Assembly (NCBI GenBank): GCA_021805865.1
Contig: JAJZDX010000011.1
Coordinates: 1,082-65,081 of the forward strand
DNA from: Pseudomonadota bacterium
Lineage (GTDB): Bacteria; Pseudomonadota; Gammaproteobacteria; Steroidobacterales; Steroidobacteraceae
DNA length: 64,000 nt
Reading direction: 5' to 3'
Below, one piece after another: positions 20,142-29,280 of the stretch (the stretch's first letter is position 1; the number at the start of each line of letters is the position of its first letter). Below the pieces are notes generated by a model that saw nothing but the letters and a program-made list of their open reading frames with translations, was not told the origin of the DNA and ran no database searches. Both the position numbers and the translations under genes were made by a program.

Positions 20142-20731
20142 GTCCGCCTTCCTTGCCAGCAGGCGATGCCGGCGGTGCGCAGCAGCTCGGCGGTCTCGGC
20201 GAGCGGCAGGCCCATCACGCCGGAGTAGCTGCCGCTCAATGACTCGACGAATACCGCGCCAAGGCCTTGAATGGCATAGGCGCCCGCCTTGTCCCGCGGC
20301 TCGCCGGTCTCCCAGTACGCCTCCCGCTCGGGCAGGGTGAGGTCGCGGAAGCGCACCGTGCTGGCACTCACACGCAGCGCGACAGTCTGGCCGGTCGCAA
20401 ACGCCACCGCGGTCAGCACCTGGTGCGCGCGGCCCGAGAGCTTGCCGAGCATGCGTAAGGCATCGGCGCGATCCACTGGCTTGCCGTACACGGTGCCATC
20501 CAAGACCACCGCCGTGTCCGCAGCGAGTACGGGCAACCGCTCGCCGCCGTTGCACACGGTCACCGCTTTTTCGAGCGCCACGCGCTCCACATAGTCGTCC
20601 GGGGATTCCCCAGGCAGCAGGCTCTCGTCCACCCGCGCGGCCATGACCTTGTGCGGCACGCCGATCTGCCACAGCAGATCGCGCCGCCGTGGCGACTGAG
20701 AGGCAAGACAGAGGACGGGCGCAGCGGTCAT
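20138..20731 (-). CDS. maf: Maf-like nucleoside triphosphate pyrophosphatase
   Basis: 197 aa. [12 protein letters not shown].., ..DTAVVLDG.., GAYAIQG motifs. Confidence 0.9.
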   Translation of the reverse strand: MTAAPVLCLASQSPRRRDLLWQIGVPHKVMAARVDESLLPGESPDDYVERVALEKAVTVCNGGERLPVLAADTAVVLDGTVYGKPVDRADALRMLGKLSGRAHQVLTAVAFATGQTVALRVSASTVRFRDLTLPEREAYWETGEPRDKAGAYAIQGLGAVFVESLSGSYSGVMGLPLAETAELLRTAGIACWQGRRT

Positions 20732-20732
20732 C

Positions 20733-21203
20733 TCAGTCCCGATGATACGGATGATGGCTGAGGATGCTAAGAGCCCGATAGAGCTGCTCGGCGAGCACCA
20801 CCCTCACCAGGGCGTGCGGCAAGGTCAGCCGGGAGAGCGAGAGGGTGAGGTCGGCCCGGGAGAGCACCTCCGGAGCGAAGCCATCCGGGCCGCCGATCAG
20901 GAACGCCAGATCGCGTCCGGCCTGCATCCGGCGGCTCAGCCAGTCCGACAGGGCCCGCGTGGTCAGCTCCCCGCCTCGCTCATCGAGCGCCACGACGAAC
21001 TCCTGCTCGCGCACCCGGGAAAGGATTTTGCGGGCTTCTGCCGCCATGGCTTTGGCAGGGCTCTTGCCAGGGGAGCGCGGACCGGGCTCGATCTCGATCA
21101 GCTCGAGTCTGAGCTGCTGGCCGAGGCGCCGGCTGTACTCCTCGTAGGCCTGACGTACCCACGGAGGCGGGCGGGTGCCGACGGCGATCAGCCGCAGCCG
21201 CAT
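20733..21203 (-). CDS. rlmH: 23S rRNA (pseudouridine1915-N3)-methyltransferase RlmH
   Basis: [22 protein letters not shown].., C-terminal SPOUT knot ([22 protein letters not shown]). 156 aa from ATG 21203. Confidence 0.9.
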   Translation of the reverse strand: MRLRLIAVGTRPPPWVRQAYEEYSRRLGQQLRLELIEIEPGPRSPGKSPAKAMAAEARKILSRVREQEFVVALDERGGELTTRALSDWLSRRMQAGRDLAFLIGGPDGFAPEVLSRADLTLSLSRLTLPHALVRVVLAEQLYRALSILSHHPYHRD

Positions 21204-21213
21204 CGTCTTGTGG

Positions 21214-21645
21214 TTACGGCACGTGCCCGGCGTGGGCGCTCGCCTCGGGTGCAGCCTGTGCGCCGCCGGCATCCCACAGGCGCTCGAGGGCATAGAACTC
21301 CCGTACGCGGGGCAGCATCACATGCACCACGATGTCCTGCAGGTCGACCAGCACCCACTCCCCCTCCCGCTCGCCCTCGGTACCGAGCGGCCTCATGCCG
21401 TTCGCCTTGGCCTGCTCGATGACCCGATCGGCGATCGAGCGCACGTGGCGGTCGGAGGTGCCGGAGGCAATCACCAGGGTGTCCGCGACGTCGGTCAGGC
21501 TACGGACGTCGAGCACCTTGACATGGACGGCCTTCATGTCCGCAAGAGCGGCAAGGACGGCCTGCAGCAGGCGGGAGGTCCGCTCGGCTCCCCGAGCGGA
21601 TGCGGCTTTCTTTTTGCCCCGGCGGGCAGCGGGTTGGGTGCTCAT
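21214..21645 (-). CDS. rsfS: Ribosome silencing factor RsfS (iojap-like)
   Basis: ..DMKAVHVKVLDVR..TDVADTLVIASGTSDRHVRSIAD..GEWVLVDLQDIVVHVM... ATGA overlap with the nadD stop. Confidence 0.9.
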   Translation of the reverse strand: MSTQPAARRGKKKAASARGAERTSRLLQAVLAALADMKAVHVKVLDVRSLTDVADTLVIASGTSDRHVRSIADRVIEQAKANGMRPLGTEGEREGEWVLVDLQDIVVHVMLPRVREFYALERLWDAGGAQAAPEASAHAGHVP

Positions 21646-22286
21646 TGGGCGGGAGAATAGCACCGGGTCTCGAGCAGCATCTGCCGCACCTCATCGGGAA
21701 CGAGGTAGCGCGGGTCGCGGCCCGAGACGATGAGCTGGCGCAGCTCGGTGGAGGAGATCTCGAGCTGGGTGACGGCGTGCACGTAGATGCACCCGGCGGT
21801 CTTCTCGTGCAGATCGCGGATGGCACCGGTCCCGTGGTCGACCATGACCTCGCCCAGAGGGCCCATGGTGGGCGCCTTCCAGCCGGGGCGGTGGGCGACC
21901 ACGATGTGGGCCAAGCCCAGCAGCTCGCGCCAGCGGTGCCAGTGGGGCAAGCCGAGGAAGGCATCCATACCGAGCAGCAGACACAGTGACCGGTCGGGGT
22001 ATTCCGCGCGCAGCTCCGCCAGGGTATCGACGGAATAGGCCACGCCGGTGCGGCGCATCTCGCGGTCATCCACGGTGAAGCCAGGCTGGCCGCTCACCGC
22101 GGCCCGCACCATCCGCAGCCGCAGCTCCGGGCTCGCGAGCGGCTGCTCGCGGTGCGGCGGGTTCCCGGTGGGCAGGAAACGCACTTCCGCCAGGCGCAGC
22201 ATCTGCCACAGCTCGAACGCGGTGCGCAGATGGCCGTAGTGGATGGGATCGAATGTACCGCCGAAGAGACCGATGGGTTGTCGCAT
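21642..22286 (-). CDS. nadD: Nicotinate-nucleotide adenylyltransferase
   Basis: MRQPIGLFGGTFDPIHYGHL.. (HxGH motif) and ISSTELR near the C-terminus. 214 aa from ATG 22286. Confidence 0.9.
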   Translation of the reverse strand: MRQPIGLFGGTFDPIHYGHLRTAFELWQMLRLAEVRFLPTGNPPHREQPLASPELRLRMVRAAVSGQPGFTVDDREMRRTGVAYSVDTLAELRAEYPDRSLCLLLGMDAFLGLPHWHRWRELLGLAHIVVAHRPGWKAPTMGPLGEVMVDHGTGAIRDLHEKTAGCIYVHAVTQLEISSTELRQLIVSGRDPRYLVPDEVRQMLLETRCYSPAQ

Positions 22287-22333
22287 GGAATCCTTGAGGG
22301 CACGTCCGTGCCCCCCCCGGGCACGGCTCGGCG

Positions 22334-23344
22334 CTATTTGATCATGGATCGGGGCGCCGGAACTGCGGGCCGTGCGCACAGATCCGCCGCAAGCAGCGCC
22401 ATCTCGTCCCAGGGGTCCCCGCGGAGCCGTCCCTTGATCATGCGGTCGGCACGGGCCGCGCGCAGCGAGAGGGCGGAAAAGGACAGCCGCGGAGCGCGCC
22501 GTACGGCCTTCTCCAGCGCCGCGCTTTGACGCTGCCAGACCCGGATCTGACCGGCCGGCTGACCCCTGGCGCCCCACAGGTCACGCAGCGCCTTGTTCAA
22601 CCCCCACAGCGCCAGGGTCGGCTCGATGCCCTCGGCGCGCAGCCCGGAGAGAACCCGCAGGACCCGCTCCGGCTCGCCTTCGAGGGCCGCCTCGAGCAGC
22701 CGAAAGACATCAAAACGGGCGCTGTCGGCGACGGCGGCAAGCACCGCATCCGCGCCGATCCTGCCGGCGGGCGCGAGAAGACGCAGTTTTTCGATCTCCT
22801 GGTGGGCGGCGAGGAGGTTGCCTTCGGTTCGCTCGGCGAGCAGCGCGAGCGCCTCGCCGGTGAGCTCGAGCCCGGCCCGGCGGCAGCGCTCCCGCAGCCA
22901 GGCGACGAGCCTGCCGGCCTCCACCGGCCACACGGGCACCCAGGCCCCGTGTGCCTCGACCGCCTTCACCCACTTCGCCGCCTGCATCTCGCGATCGAGA
23001 CGGGGGGTGAGGATGAGCAGCACGGTGTCCGGATCGCCTCGCTCGATCAGCGATACCAGGATCGCGGCACCGGCCGCGCCGGGCCGCCCGCTCGGCAGGC
23101 GCACCTCGAGGAGCTTGCGTGAGCCGAACAGCGAGAGATTTGCGGCCGAGGCGCGCACGTCGTCCCAGCCTGCTCCCCGCTCGAGGAAATGCACCTCGCG
23201 CTCGGTGAAGCCCGCCGCTCGCGCACCGGCGCGTACGGCGTCGGCCGCCTCGCCGGTAAGCAGCGGCTCGTCGCCCGAGATGAGGTACGCCGGCAGAAGC
23301 TTCTTGCCGAGATGGGGAGCGAGCGAATCGAGGGTCAGCTTCAA
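22334..23344 (-). CDS. holA: DNA polymerase III subunit delta
   Basis: 336 aa. N-terminal ..LPAYLISGDEPLL.. and the conserved holA-nadD-rsfS-rlmH context. Confidence 0.85.
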   Translation of the reverse strand: MKLTLDSLAPHLGKKLLPAYLISGDEPLLTGEAADAVRAGARAAGFTEREVHFLERGAGWDDVRASAANLSLFGSRKLLEVRLPSGRPGAAGAAILVSLIERGDPDTVLLILTPRLDREMQAAKWVKAVEAHGAWVPVWPVEAGRLVAWLRERCRRAGLELTGEALALLAERTEGNLLAAHQEIEKLRLLAPAGRIGADAVLAAVADSARFDVFRLLEAALEGEPERVLRVLSGLRAEGIEPTLALWGLNKALRDLWGARGQPAGQIRVWQRQSAALEKAVRRAPRLSFSALSLRAARADRMIKGRLRGDPWDEMALLAADLCARPAVPAPRSMIK

Positions 23345-23419
23345 GGCGATGCCGGGGCGCTTGAGGAAGCGCGTATTATCAACATTTTGGCGTCGATCGA
23401 TAGGCTTACCTCCCCCGTG

Positions 23420-24394
23420 ATGCGCTCGAAGTCCTCAGGCCCCCTGCGCCGGCTGTATCCGCCGATCAAGCCCTACCACTCGGGATTCCTGCGGGTCTCG
23501 GAGCGGCACGAGATCTACTTCGAGGAGTGCGGCAACCGCCAAGGCAAGCCCGCCGTGTTCCTGCACGGCGGCCCGGGCGGCGGCCTCGACCCGAAGATGC
23601 GCCGGTTTTTCGACCCCGCGCGCTACCGCATCGTGCTCCTCGACCAGCGCGGCTGCGGCAAGAGCCGCCCGCGCGCGGAGCTGACCGGGAACACGACCTG
23701 GGATCTGGTGTCGGATATCGAGCGGCTGCGCGAGCACCTGGCCATCGAGCGCTGGCTGGTGTTCGGCGGCTCGTGGGGCTCGACTCTGGCGCTCGCCTAC
23801 GCCGAGACCCACCCCGGGCGGGTGACCGAACTGGTGCTGCGCGGCATCTTCCTGCTGCGCCGATGGGAACTCGAGTGGTTCTATCAGAACCCCGGGGGGG
23901 CGGGCGCGCTTTATCCGGACTTGTGGGAACGCTACATCGAACCCATCCCCGAGGCCGAGCGTGACGACATGATTCGCGCTTACTACGCGCGCCTGACGAG
24001 CAAGGACGGCGCGGTACGCAAGCGCGCCGCGAAGGCATGGTCGATGTGGGAAGGAGCCACCAGCTATCTGCGCACGGCGGCCGATTACGTCGCGAAGTTC
24101 CAGAAGGACAGGTACTCGGAGGCCTTCGCGCGTATCGAATGCCATTACTTCGTCAATGGCGGCTTCTTCCGCAGTGACGGGGCACTGCTGGAGGACGTGC
24201 ACCGCATCCGCCATATCCCGTCGGTCATCGTCCAAGGGCGGTACGATGTCGTGTGCCCGATGAAGAGCGCATGGGACCTGCACCGGGCCTGGCCCGAGGC
24301 GGACCTGCGCATCGTCCCGGATGCGGGACACTCGGCATTCGAGAAGGGCAACCTGCACGAGCTGGTGACGGCGACCGACCGGTTCGCCTCCTGA
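23420..24394 (+). CDS. pip: Prolyl aminopeptidase (proline iminopeptidase)
   Basis: LYPPIKPYHSGFLRVSERHEIYFEECGN..GKPAVFLHGGPGGG, nucleophile elbow GGSWGSTL, C-terminal DAGHSAFE. Confidence 0.9.
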   Translation: MRSKSSGPLRRLYPPIKPYHSGFLRVSERHEIYFEECGNRQGKPAVFLHGGPGGGLDPKMRRFFDPARYRIVLLDQRGCGKSRPRAELTGNTTWDLVSDIERLREHLAIERWLVFGGSWGSTLALAYAETHPGRVTELVLRGIFLLRRWELEWFYQNPGGAGALYPDLWERYIEPIPEAERDDMIRAYYARLTSKDGAVRKRAAKAWSMWEGATSYLRTAADYVAKFQKDRYSEAFARIECHYFVNGGFFRSDGALLEDVHRIRHIPSVIVQGRYDVVCPMKSAWDLHRAWPEADLRIVPDAGHSAFEKGNLHELVTATDRFAS

Positions 24395-24422
24395 GCCACG
24401 CCCGCGCAAGCCCGGCGCGGCT

Positions 24423-24785
24423 TCAGATGACGCGGCCCATCCGGAACAGGATCATGCCCTTCGCCACCCGGTAGACGAACCAGAGCCACACCGGGGCGAA
24501 GATGAGCGCGCCGAACCCGAACGGCGCACAAAAACCGGCCAGGATCGACCACACGAGAAACACGAAAGCCGTCCGCAGGCGCCACTGCCGGTGGCTCTGC
24601 AGAAACGGATCGGACCAGGCCTGGCGCTCCCTGCGCGTGTCGCCATACACCTGATACCAGATCGTGAAGACGAACAGCACCGCACCGAGCGCGAGCGCCG
24701 CGTACGCGCCCCTGGAGGAGCGGCGCGCGTCCCCCCCCCTGTCCGCGCACGCAAGCCCGTCCGGCGCCACCGCGGCGTGCGTCAC
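24423..24785 (-). CDS. Small polytopic membrane protein of unknown function, apparently coupled to petC
   Basis: Hydrophobic segments AYAALALGAVLFVFTIWYQVY and AFVFLVWSILAGFCAPFGFGALIFAPVWLWFVY. GTG 24785 overlaps the petC TGA (GTGA). No family recognised. Confidence 0.5.
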   Translation of the reverse strand: MTHAAVAPDGLACADRGGDARRSSRGAYAALALGAVLFVFTIWYQVYGDTRRERQAWSDPFLQSHRQWRLRTAFVFLVWSILAGFCAPFGFGALIFAPVWLWFVYRVAKGMILFRMGRVI

Positions 24786-25594
24786 CTGCCGACTCTCCAC
24801 CAGCGCTCTTCACTGGTGTCGACCCGCCGCCAATAGAGCTTGTAGAGGAGGTAGGTCAGGATCGACAGCACCACGAACAGCCCGATGATCCAGGGTCCGA
24901 GGCGCGCCCGCTCCTGTTGGTGCGGATGCGCCACCGCGTAGAGGAACTCCACGATGTCCCGCGCCGTTCGGTCGAACTGCGCCGGCGTCATGCTGCCTTT
25001 CGTCAGCGGCTCGACGCCGATTGCGACCTTCGCCGGGCTGCCATAGCGCAGCCCTTCGACCATCCGCGGCTTCTGCAGGCCCTGCAGCGGCGCGAACACA
25101 TCGGGCATCGCCACATTGTTAAAGACGACGTTGTTGACGCCGTTCGGACGCGATGGATCCACGTAAAACGACGTGAGATAGGTGAACAGCCACGCCGGCG
25201 AGTGCCGCCGGGCGATATCCGTCAAGTCCGGCGGAGGTATCTTCGCGAACGCATCGATGATCGCCGGCGGCATGCTCGTCGTAATGGTGTCGTGATAATG
25301 ATGGCCGTTCGTTCCGATGACCTGCTTGAACGCGCTTTCGCTCAGGCCGAGCATCCGGGGCAGCGAGCTGTAGCGCGCTCCCTGCAGCGAGTGGCAGGCC
25401 ACGCACATGTGCAGGACGTACAGGGCGCCATTGCGCAATGCCGCCTTGTCCTGCAGATTGACCGTTATCGGCTTGAGCGGCGGCTGCGTCGAGGCCACCG
25501 AGGCCCGCGCCGCCCCGCACGTGAAGACCGCGAGCGACGCGGCCAGCGCAGCCAAGGCCCCAGGGCGCCCGAACGGTGATTTTTTCGTCGTCAT
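24782..25594 (-). CDS. petC: Cytochrome c1 of the bc1 complex
   Basis: Signal peptide, CVACHSL haem motif, PPDLTDIA.., C-terminal TM anchor (LGPWIIGLFVVLSILTYLLYKLYW). 270 aa from ATG 25594. Confidence 0.85.
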   Translation of the reverse strand: MTTKKSPFGRPGALAALAASLAVFTCGAARASVASTQPPLKPITVNLQDKAALRNGALYVLHMCVACHSLQGARYSSLPRMLGLSESAFKQVIGTNGHHYHDTITTSMPPAIIDAFAKIPPPDLTDIARRHSPAWLFTYLTSFYVDPSRPNGVNNVVFNNVAMPDVFAPLQGLQKPRMVEGLRYGSPAKVAIGVEPLTKGSMTPAQFDRTARDIVEFLYAVAHPHQQERARLGPWIIGLFVVLSILTYLLYKLYWRRVDTSEERWWRVGR

Positions 25595-25677
25595 CGCTTG
25601 ATCCCGCCGAATTGGTTTCGTGCAATCTTTGCCGATGCTGAGCACTGCCATGCGTAACTCCCGTTCCGAGGCCGCGC

Positions 25678-27111
25678 TCAGTGGAAAACACCGCCGGCGG
25701 TGAGCCGTTCCGGCAGCTTCTGCGCATCGCGCGCCAGTCCCGGGAAGACGATCGCGAGCCCGAAGATGAGCAGCAGGTACAGCGCCGGAATCCAGTCCGT
25801 GAGCAGCATCAGGCCCCAGCCGTGTGCATGGATGGAGTACATCCACACATCGATCAGCCACACCAGCGCCTCGGCGACCACCAGCCAGATCACCTTGGCG
25901 CGCGTCGAGCGCTGCCGGTTGAAGAACGGCAGCACCAGGAACGTCGCATAGAACACCTCGGCGACGTGCAGGCCGTACACCATGTTGTGCTCCGTCGCGA
26001 AGCCGTGCGCGATGAAGCCAAGCCAGAGGAAGGACAGCGCCATCATCAGGATGTTGGCCTTGCACAGCACGGAGCGGTAGCGGATCGAGCGCACGGGATT
26101 GCGGTCGAGCAGCGGCAGGCATGCGAACAGCGCGAACGTGCCGGCGAACGCCATGATGCCGTACGCCTTGTTCGGCACGCCGCGCAGGATCGCGTAGAAC
26201 GGCAGGAAGAACCACAGCGGATGGATGTCCGCCGGGGTGTGCAGAATGTTCGCCGGTGTGTAATTGAGCTTATCCAGCAGGAAGCCCCAGCCGCTCGGGT
26301 TGTAGAACACGAACCAGAAGAAGACCACGAAGAATACGCTGACCCCGAACAGGTCCTTGACCGTGTAATAGGGGTGGAAGGGAATGCCGTCGCGCGGCCA
26401 GCCCGACTCGTTGACGCTGTCGTGGATCTCGACGCCGTCCGGATTGTTCGACCCGACATGATGCAGGGCGATCAGGTGCACCAGCACGAGCGCGAGCAGC
26501 AGCAGCGGCATCAGGAACACGTGAAAGACGAAGAAGCGGTTGAGCGTCGGCAGATCCACCACGAACGAGCCGCGCAGCCAGGTGGCGATCGGCTTGCCGA
26601 TGACCGGCACGGCGGTCACGAAATTGGTCACGACCGCCGATCCCCAGTAGGACATCTGCCCCCAGGGCAGCAGATAGCCGAGGAACGCCTCGGCCGCGAG
26701 GGCAAGGTAGATGAAGATGCCGATCAGCCACAGCAGCTCGCGCGGCTTCTTGAACGATCCGTAGAGGATGCCGCGGTACATGTGCAGGTAGACCAGCAGG
26801 AAGAACGCCGAGGCCCCGACGATGTGCATGTCGCGGATCAGCCATCCCCAGTGCGAGTCCCTCTGGATGCCGCGCAGCACCGACCAATACGCCAGATGCG
26901 GATTCGGCTGATAGTGGATGGCGAGAAACAGCCCGGTGGCGAGCTGCATGACCAGCACCAGCATCGCGAGCGAGCCGAAGAAGTACCAGAGGTTGAAATT
27001 CTTCGGCGCCGGATACCGGGTGAGCTGGCTGCGCCACAGGGAGGAAATCGGCAGCCTGTCATCGAACCAGCCGAACACCCGATGCGCCATCGGTCGCTTG
27101 TTGCTATTCAT
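25678..27111 (-). CDS. petB: Cytochrome b of the bc1 complex (long form, 477 aa)
   Basis: NFNLWYFFGSLAMLVLVMQLATGLFLAIHY, His ligands (..RDMHIVGASAFF..YLHMYRG.., FFVFHVFLMP..VHLIALH), and PEWY-region equivalent ..PWGQMSYWG... Confidence 0.9.
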   Translation of the reverse strand: MNSNKRPMAHRVFGWFDDRLPISSLWRSQLTRYPAPKNFNLWYFFGSLAMLVLVMQLATGLFLAIHYQPNPHLAYWSVLRGIQRDSHWGWLIRDMHIVGASAFFLLVYLHMYRGILYGSFKKPRELLWLIGIFIYLALAAEAFLGYLLPWGQMSYWGSAVVTNFVTAVPVIGKPIATWLRGSFVVDLPTLNRFFVFHVFLMPLLLLALVLVHLIALHHVGSNNPDGVEIHDSVNESGWPRDGIPFHPYYTVKDLFGVSVFFVVFFWFVFYNPSGWGFLLDKLNYTPANILHTPADIHPLWFFLPFYAILRGVPNKAYGIMAFAGTFALFACLPLLDRNPVRSIRYRSVLCKANILMMALSFLWLGFIAHGFATEHNMVYGLHVAEVFYATFLVLPFFNRQRSTRAKVIWLVVAEALVWLIDVWMYSIHAHGWGLMLLTDWIPALYLLLIFGLAIVFPGLARDAQKLPERLTAGGVFH

Positions 27112-27198
27112 GGTGTCTCAGACCTTCCAGTACATAAATGGCGCCGGACCCCGCAAGGGAGAAAGACTGGGGGGCGCCCGCATTGCGTGGCGGCACGA

Positions 27199-28002
27199 TC
27201 AGTGCGCAGCTGCGCCGGCGCCCGCGGCGCCGGTCGCTGAGGAGGTCGGCGTTCCGGCCGCCTTCCGGCCGGCCGTGCCGGCCGGGGCGAGCGTCCTTGC
27301 GTACGCGGGGAAATCCTTCGGGCCGATTCCCAGCACGGTGGCCGGATCGAGCTGGCGCACATAGGCGGCGATCGCCGCCTCCTGCGCGGCGTTCATCGCC
27401 CGTGCGATCGAGTGCATGACGTGGCCCGGGCTGTTGTGCCGGACGCCGCTCGCGAACTGCTCGAGCTGGGTCAGCACGTAGGCCGCATGCTGCCCGGCCA
27501 GTACCGGTATCGCCATGGGGCCGTTGCCCTCGCCGCCCAATCCGTGACAGGCCGCGCACGAGGGAATGTCCTTCCCGGCCACTCCCCGATCGTAGATGGT
27601 CCTGCCGAGCTCGATCTGCTGCGAGGCCGCCGCAGCGGGCGAGGCGAGGTGCGCCGACATGGGGCTCAGGCGCGAAAAATAGGCGGCGATGTCCTTCAGG
27701 TTGGCATGGTCCTTCGACGGCGGGATCGTCATGGCCATGGTGCTCATGATGGCGTTCTTCCTGGCCCCGCTGCGGAAATTCTCCAGCTGCTTGAGAATGT
27801 AGTTGTAATGCTGCCCCGCGAGATTCGGGTACGCCGGGCTCACCGAGATGCCGTTGCTGCCGTGGCAGGCGGCGCAGACGGCGACCAGGGTTGCGCCCTG
27901 TGCGGCGGCGCCCGCGGGAGGCAGACCGTGATAGTCGGCCTTGGCGTACGCCGCGGGCGCGGTCAGAACGGCGACGAGAAGCGCTGCCCAAACGGATTTC
28001 AT
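27199..28002 (-). CDS. Dihaem cytochrome c4-type protein encoded between petA and petB
   Basis: AAGGAA Shine-Dalgarno before ATG 28002. Signal MKSVWAALLVAVLTAPAAYA. Two CxxCH motifs (CAACHG at both), each followed by the c4-type ..PNLAGQH / ..PVLAGQH.. segment. Low-complexity Ala/Gly/Thr tail. Confidence 0.85.
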   Translation of the reverse strand: MKSVWAALLVAVLTAPAAYAKADYHGLPPAGAAAQGATLVAVCAACHGSNGISVSPAYPNLAGQHYNYILKQLENFRSGARKNAIMSTMAMTIPPSKDHANLKDIAAYFSRLSPMSAHLASPAAAASQQIELGRTIYDRGVAGKDIPSCAACHGLGGEGNGPMAIPVLAGQHAAYVLTQLEQFASGVRHNSPGHVMHSIARAMNAAQEAAIAAYVRQLDPATVLGIGPKDFPAYARTLAPAGTAGRKAAGTPTSSATGAAGAGAAAH

Positions 28003-28061
28003 TGCGGTTATTTCCTTCTTATGGCCGATTCGATGCGCGGACCCACTTGCCATCGGGGCGC

Positions 28062-28745
28062 TCACCAGATATCGGGCGACCAGTCTTTTTCGAGGCCGGA
28101 CACATTGACCTCACCGATGCGAGCCACGGTATCGCTCTTCCAGTAATACGGCGGTATCGGAATGTTGAGCGGCGCCGGAGATCCCTCCACGACGCGCGCG
28201 GAGAAGTCATACATCGACCCGTGGCAGGGGCAATGAAACCCGCCCGGCCACCACGGGGTCACGGTGTGCGGCGCCGGCCGGTACGCGGGAATGCACTGCA
28301 TGTGCGTGCACAGCGCCACGGCGATGAAGTATTCGGGACGCAGGGCCCGATAGTTCCCGTTGATGAATTGCGGCGCGGGCTGTTGGTTTTGCTTGCTGTG
28401 CGGGTCCTTCAGGCGATTGAGGAGCGAGGGCTCCGACAGCGTCTTCAGCATCCAGGGCTCGCGCTTGAGGATCCAGATCGGCTTCTTCTTCCATTCGGCG
28501 AGAATCAGCTGGCCCGGCTCCATGCGGCTCACGTCGACCTCGATGGGTGCGCCGAGGGCCTCGACCGCCTTGCCGGGATTCATGTTGTCTATCAAGGCGG
28601 CGGCGAACAGCCCCACGGCCCCGGCACCGAGCACCCCGGCGGTGCCGATCAGGAAGTTCCTGCGCGCCTGGTCCGTTTTCTGCGCGGGTCGGATCGAGTC
28701 CATGACCGGTTCTTTTTCTACCTGCTTCGTTTCATCATTGCTCAT
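28062..28745 (-). CDS. petA: Rieske iron-sulfur subunit of the bc1 complex
   Basis: Tat-like RRNFLIGTAGVLGAGAV. Cluster boxes CTHMQC (28293-28310) and CPCHGS. 227 aa. Confidence 0.9.
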   Translation of the reverse strand: MSNDETKQVEKEPVMDSIRPAQKTDQARRNFLIGTAGVLGAGAVGLFAAALIDNMNPGKAVEALGAPIEVDVSRMEPGQLILAEWKKKPIWILKREPWMLKTLSEPSLLNRLKDPHSKQNQQPAPQFINGNYRALRPEYFIAVALCTHMQCIPAYRPAPHTVTPWWPGGFHCPCHGSMYDFSARVVEGSPAPLNIPIPPYYWKSDTVARIGEVNVSGLEKDWSPDIW

Positions 28746-29048
28746 TGCCTACGCCTTTCTACCACTCGTCTGCTGCGCTGCGTCGGACCCGCACGGACCG
28801 GCATCGGGCCGACCTCGGCCGGCCGATTCTCAGGTGCTGCCAGGGATGATCGAGCATCCGCCGGAAAGGTTCCCGATCCGGTCGGCGGCAGGCGGACAGC
28901 GATCCGCCGCGCCATCCGCGGACGCGGTGCTCCATTCAAGGGACAACGAATCGAAAACCCGCGGTCAAGACCGCCATCCAAAAGCCATGCCGCCCGGCGA
29001 GGCCGCGCAGATGACATCCGCCCGTCAGAGAGTCTGCGCGGACGCATT

Positions 29049-29064
29049 TCATGCGCGCGCATGA
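29049..29064. promoter_or_regulatory. Perfect 16-bp palindrome in the petA / SDR divergent intergenic region (candidate operator)
   Basis: TCATGCGCGCGCATGA is its own reverse complement. About 300 nt upstream of petA and about 215 nt upstream of the SDR gene. Confidence 0.3.
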
Positions 29065-29280
29065 TATCCGGCAAGTCGGCGAACATTTGCAGAATATCTG
29101 TTTCGGTTTTCCACAATCCTGAGAATTATCATCCCGGCTGCACGCGCTTCCCACTCGCGCGCACAGACGTCTCGTTATGGGTGCAACGCTGTCATCCTCG
29201 CGGCACATCCCGCGGATCATGCCAGCGTCGCTCGCCTCTTTGGCGTATAAATTGCGCCATTTTAGGAGCTGTGGACTTCG

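Noticed and set aside
24402-24420. Hairpin CCGCGC-aagcccg-GCGCGG between convergent pip and the membrane protein gene as a terminator
   Set aside because: The stem is only 6 bp with no U-tract on either strand. Similar GC hairpins are frequent by chance at this GC content.
25681-27240. 519-aa ORF on the plus strand
   Set aside because: It is antisense to cytochrome b. The product is a highly charged Arg/Glu/Asp/His repeat-like sequence that is not protein-like.
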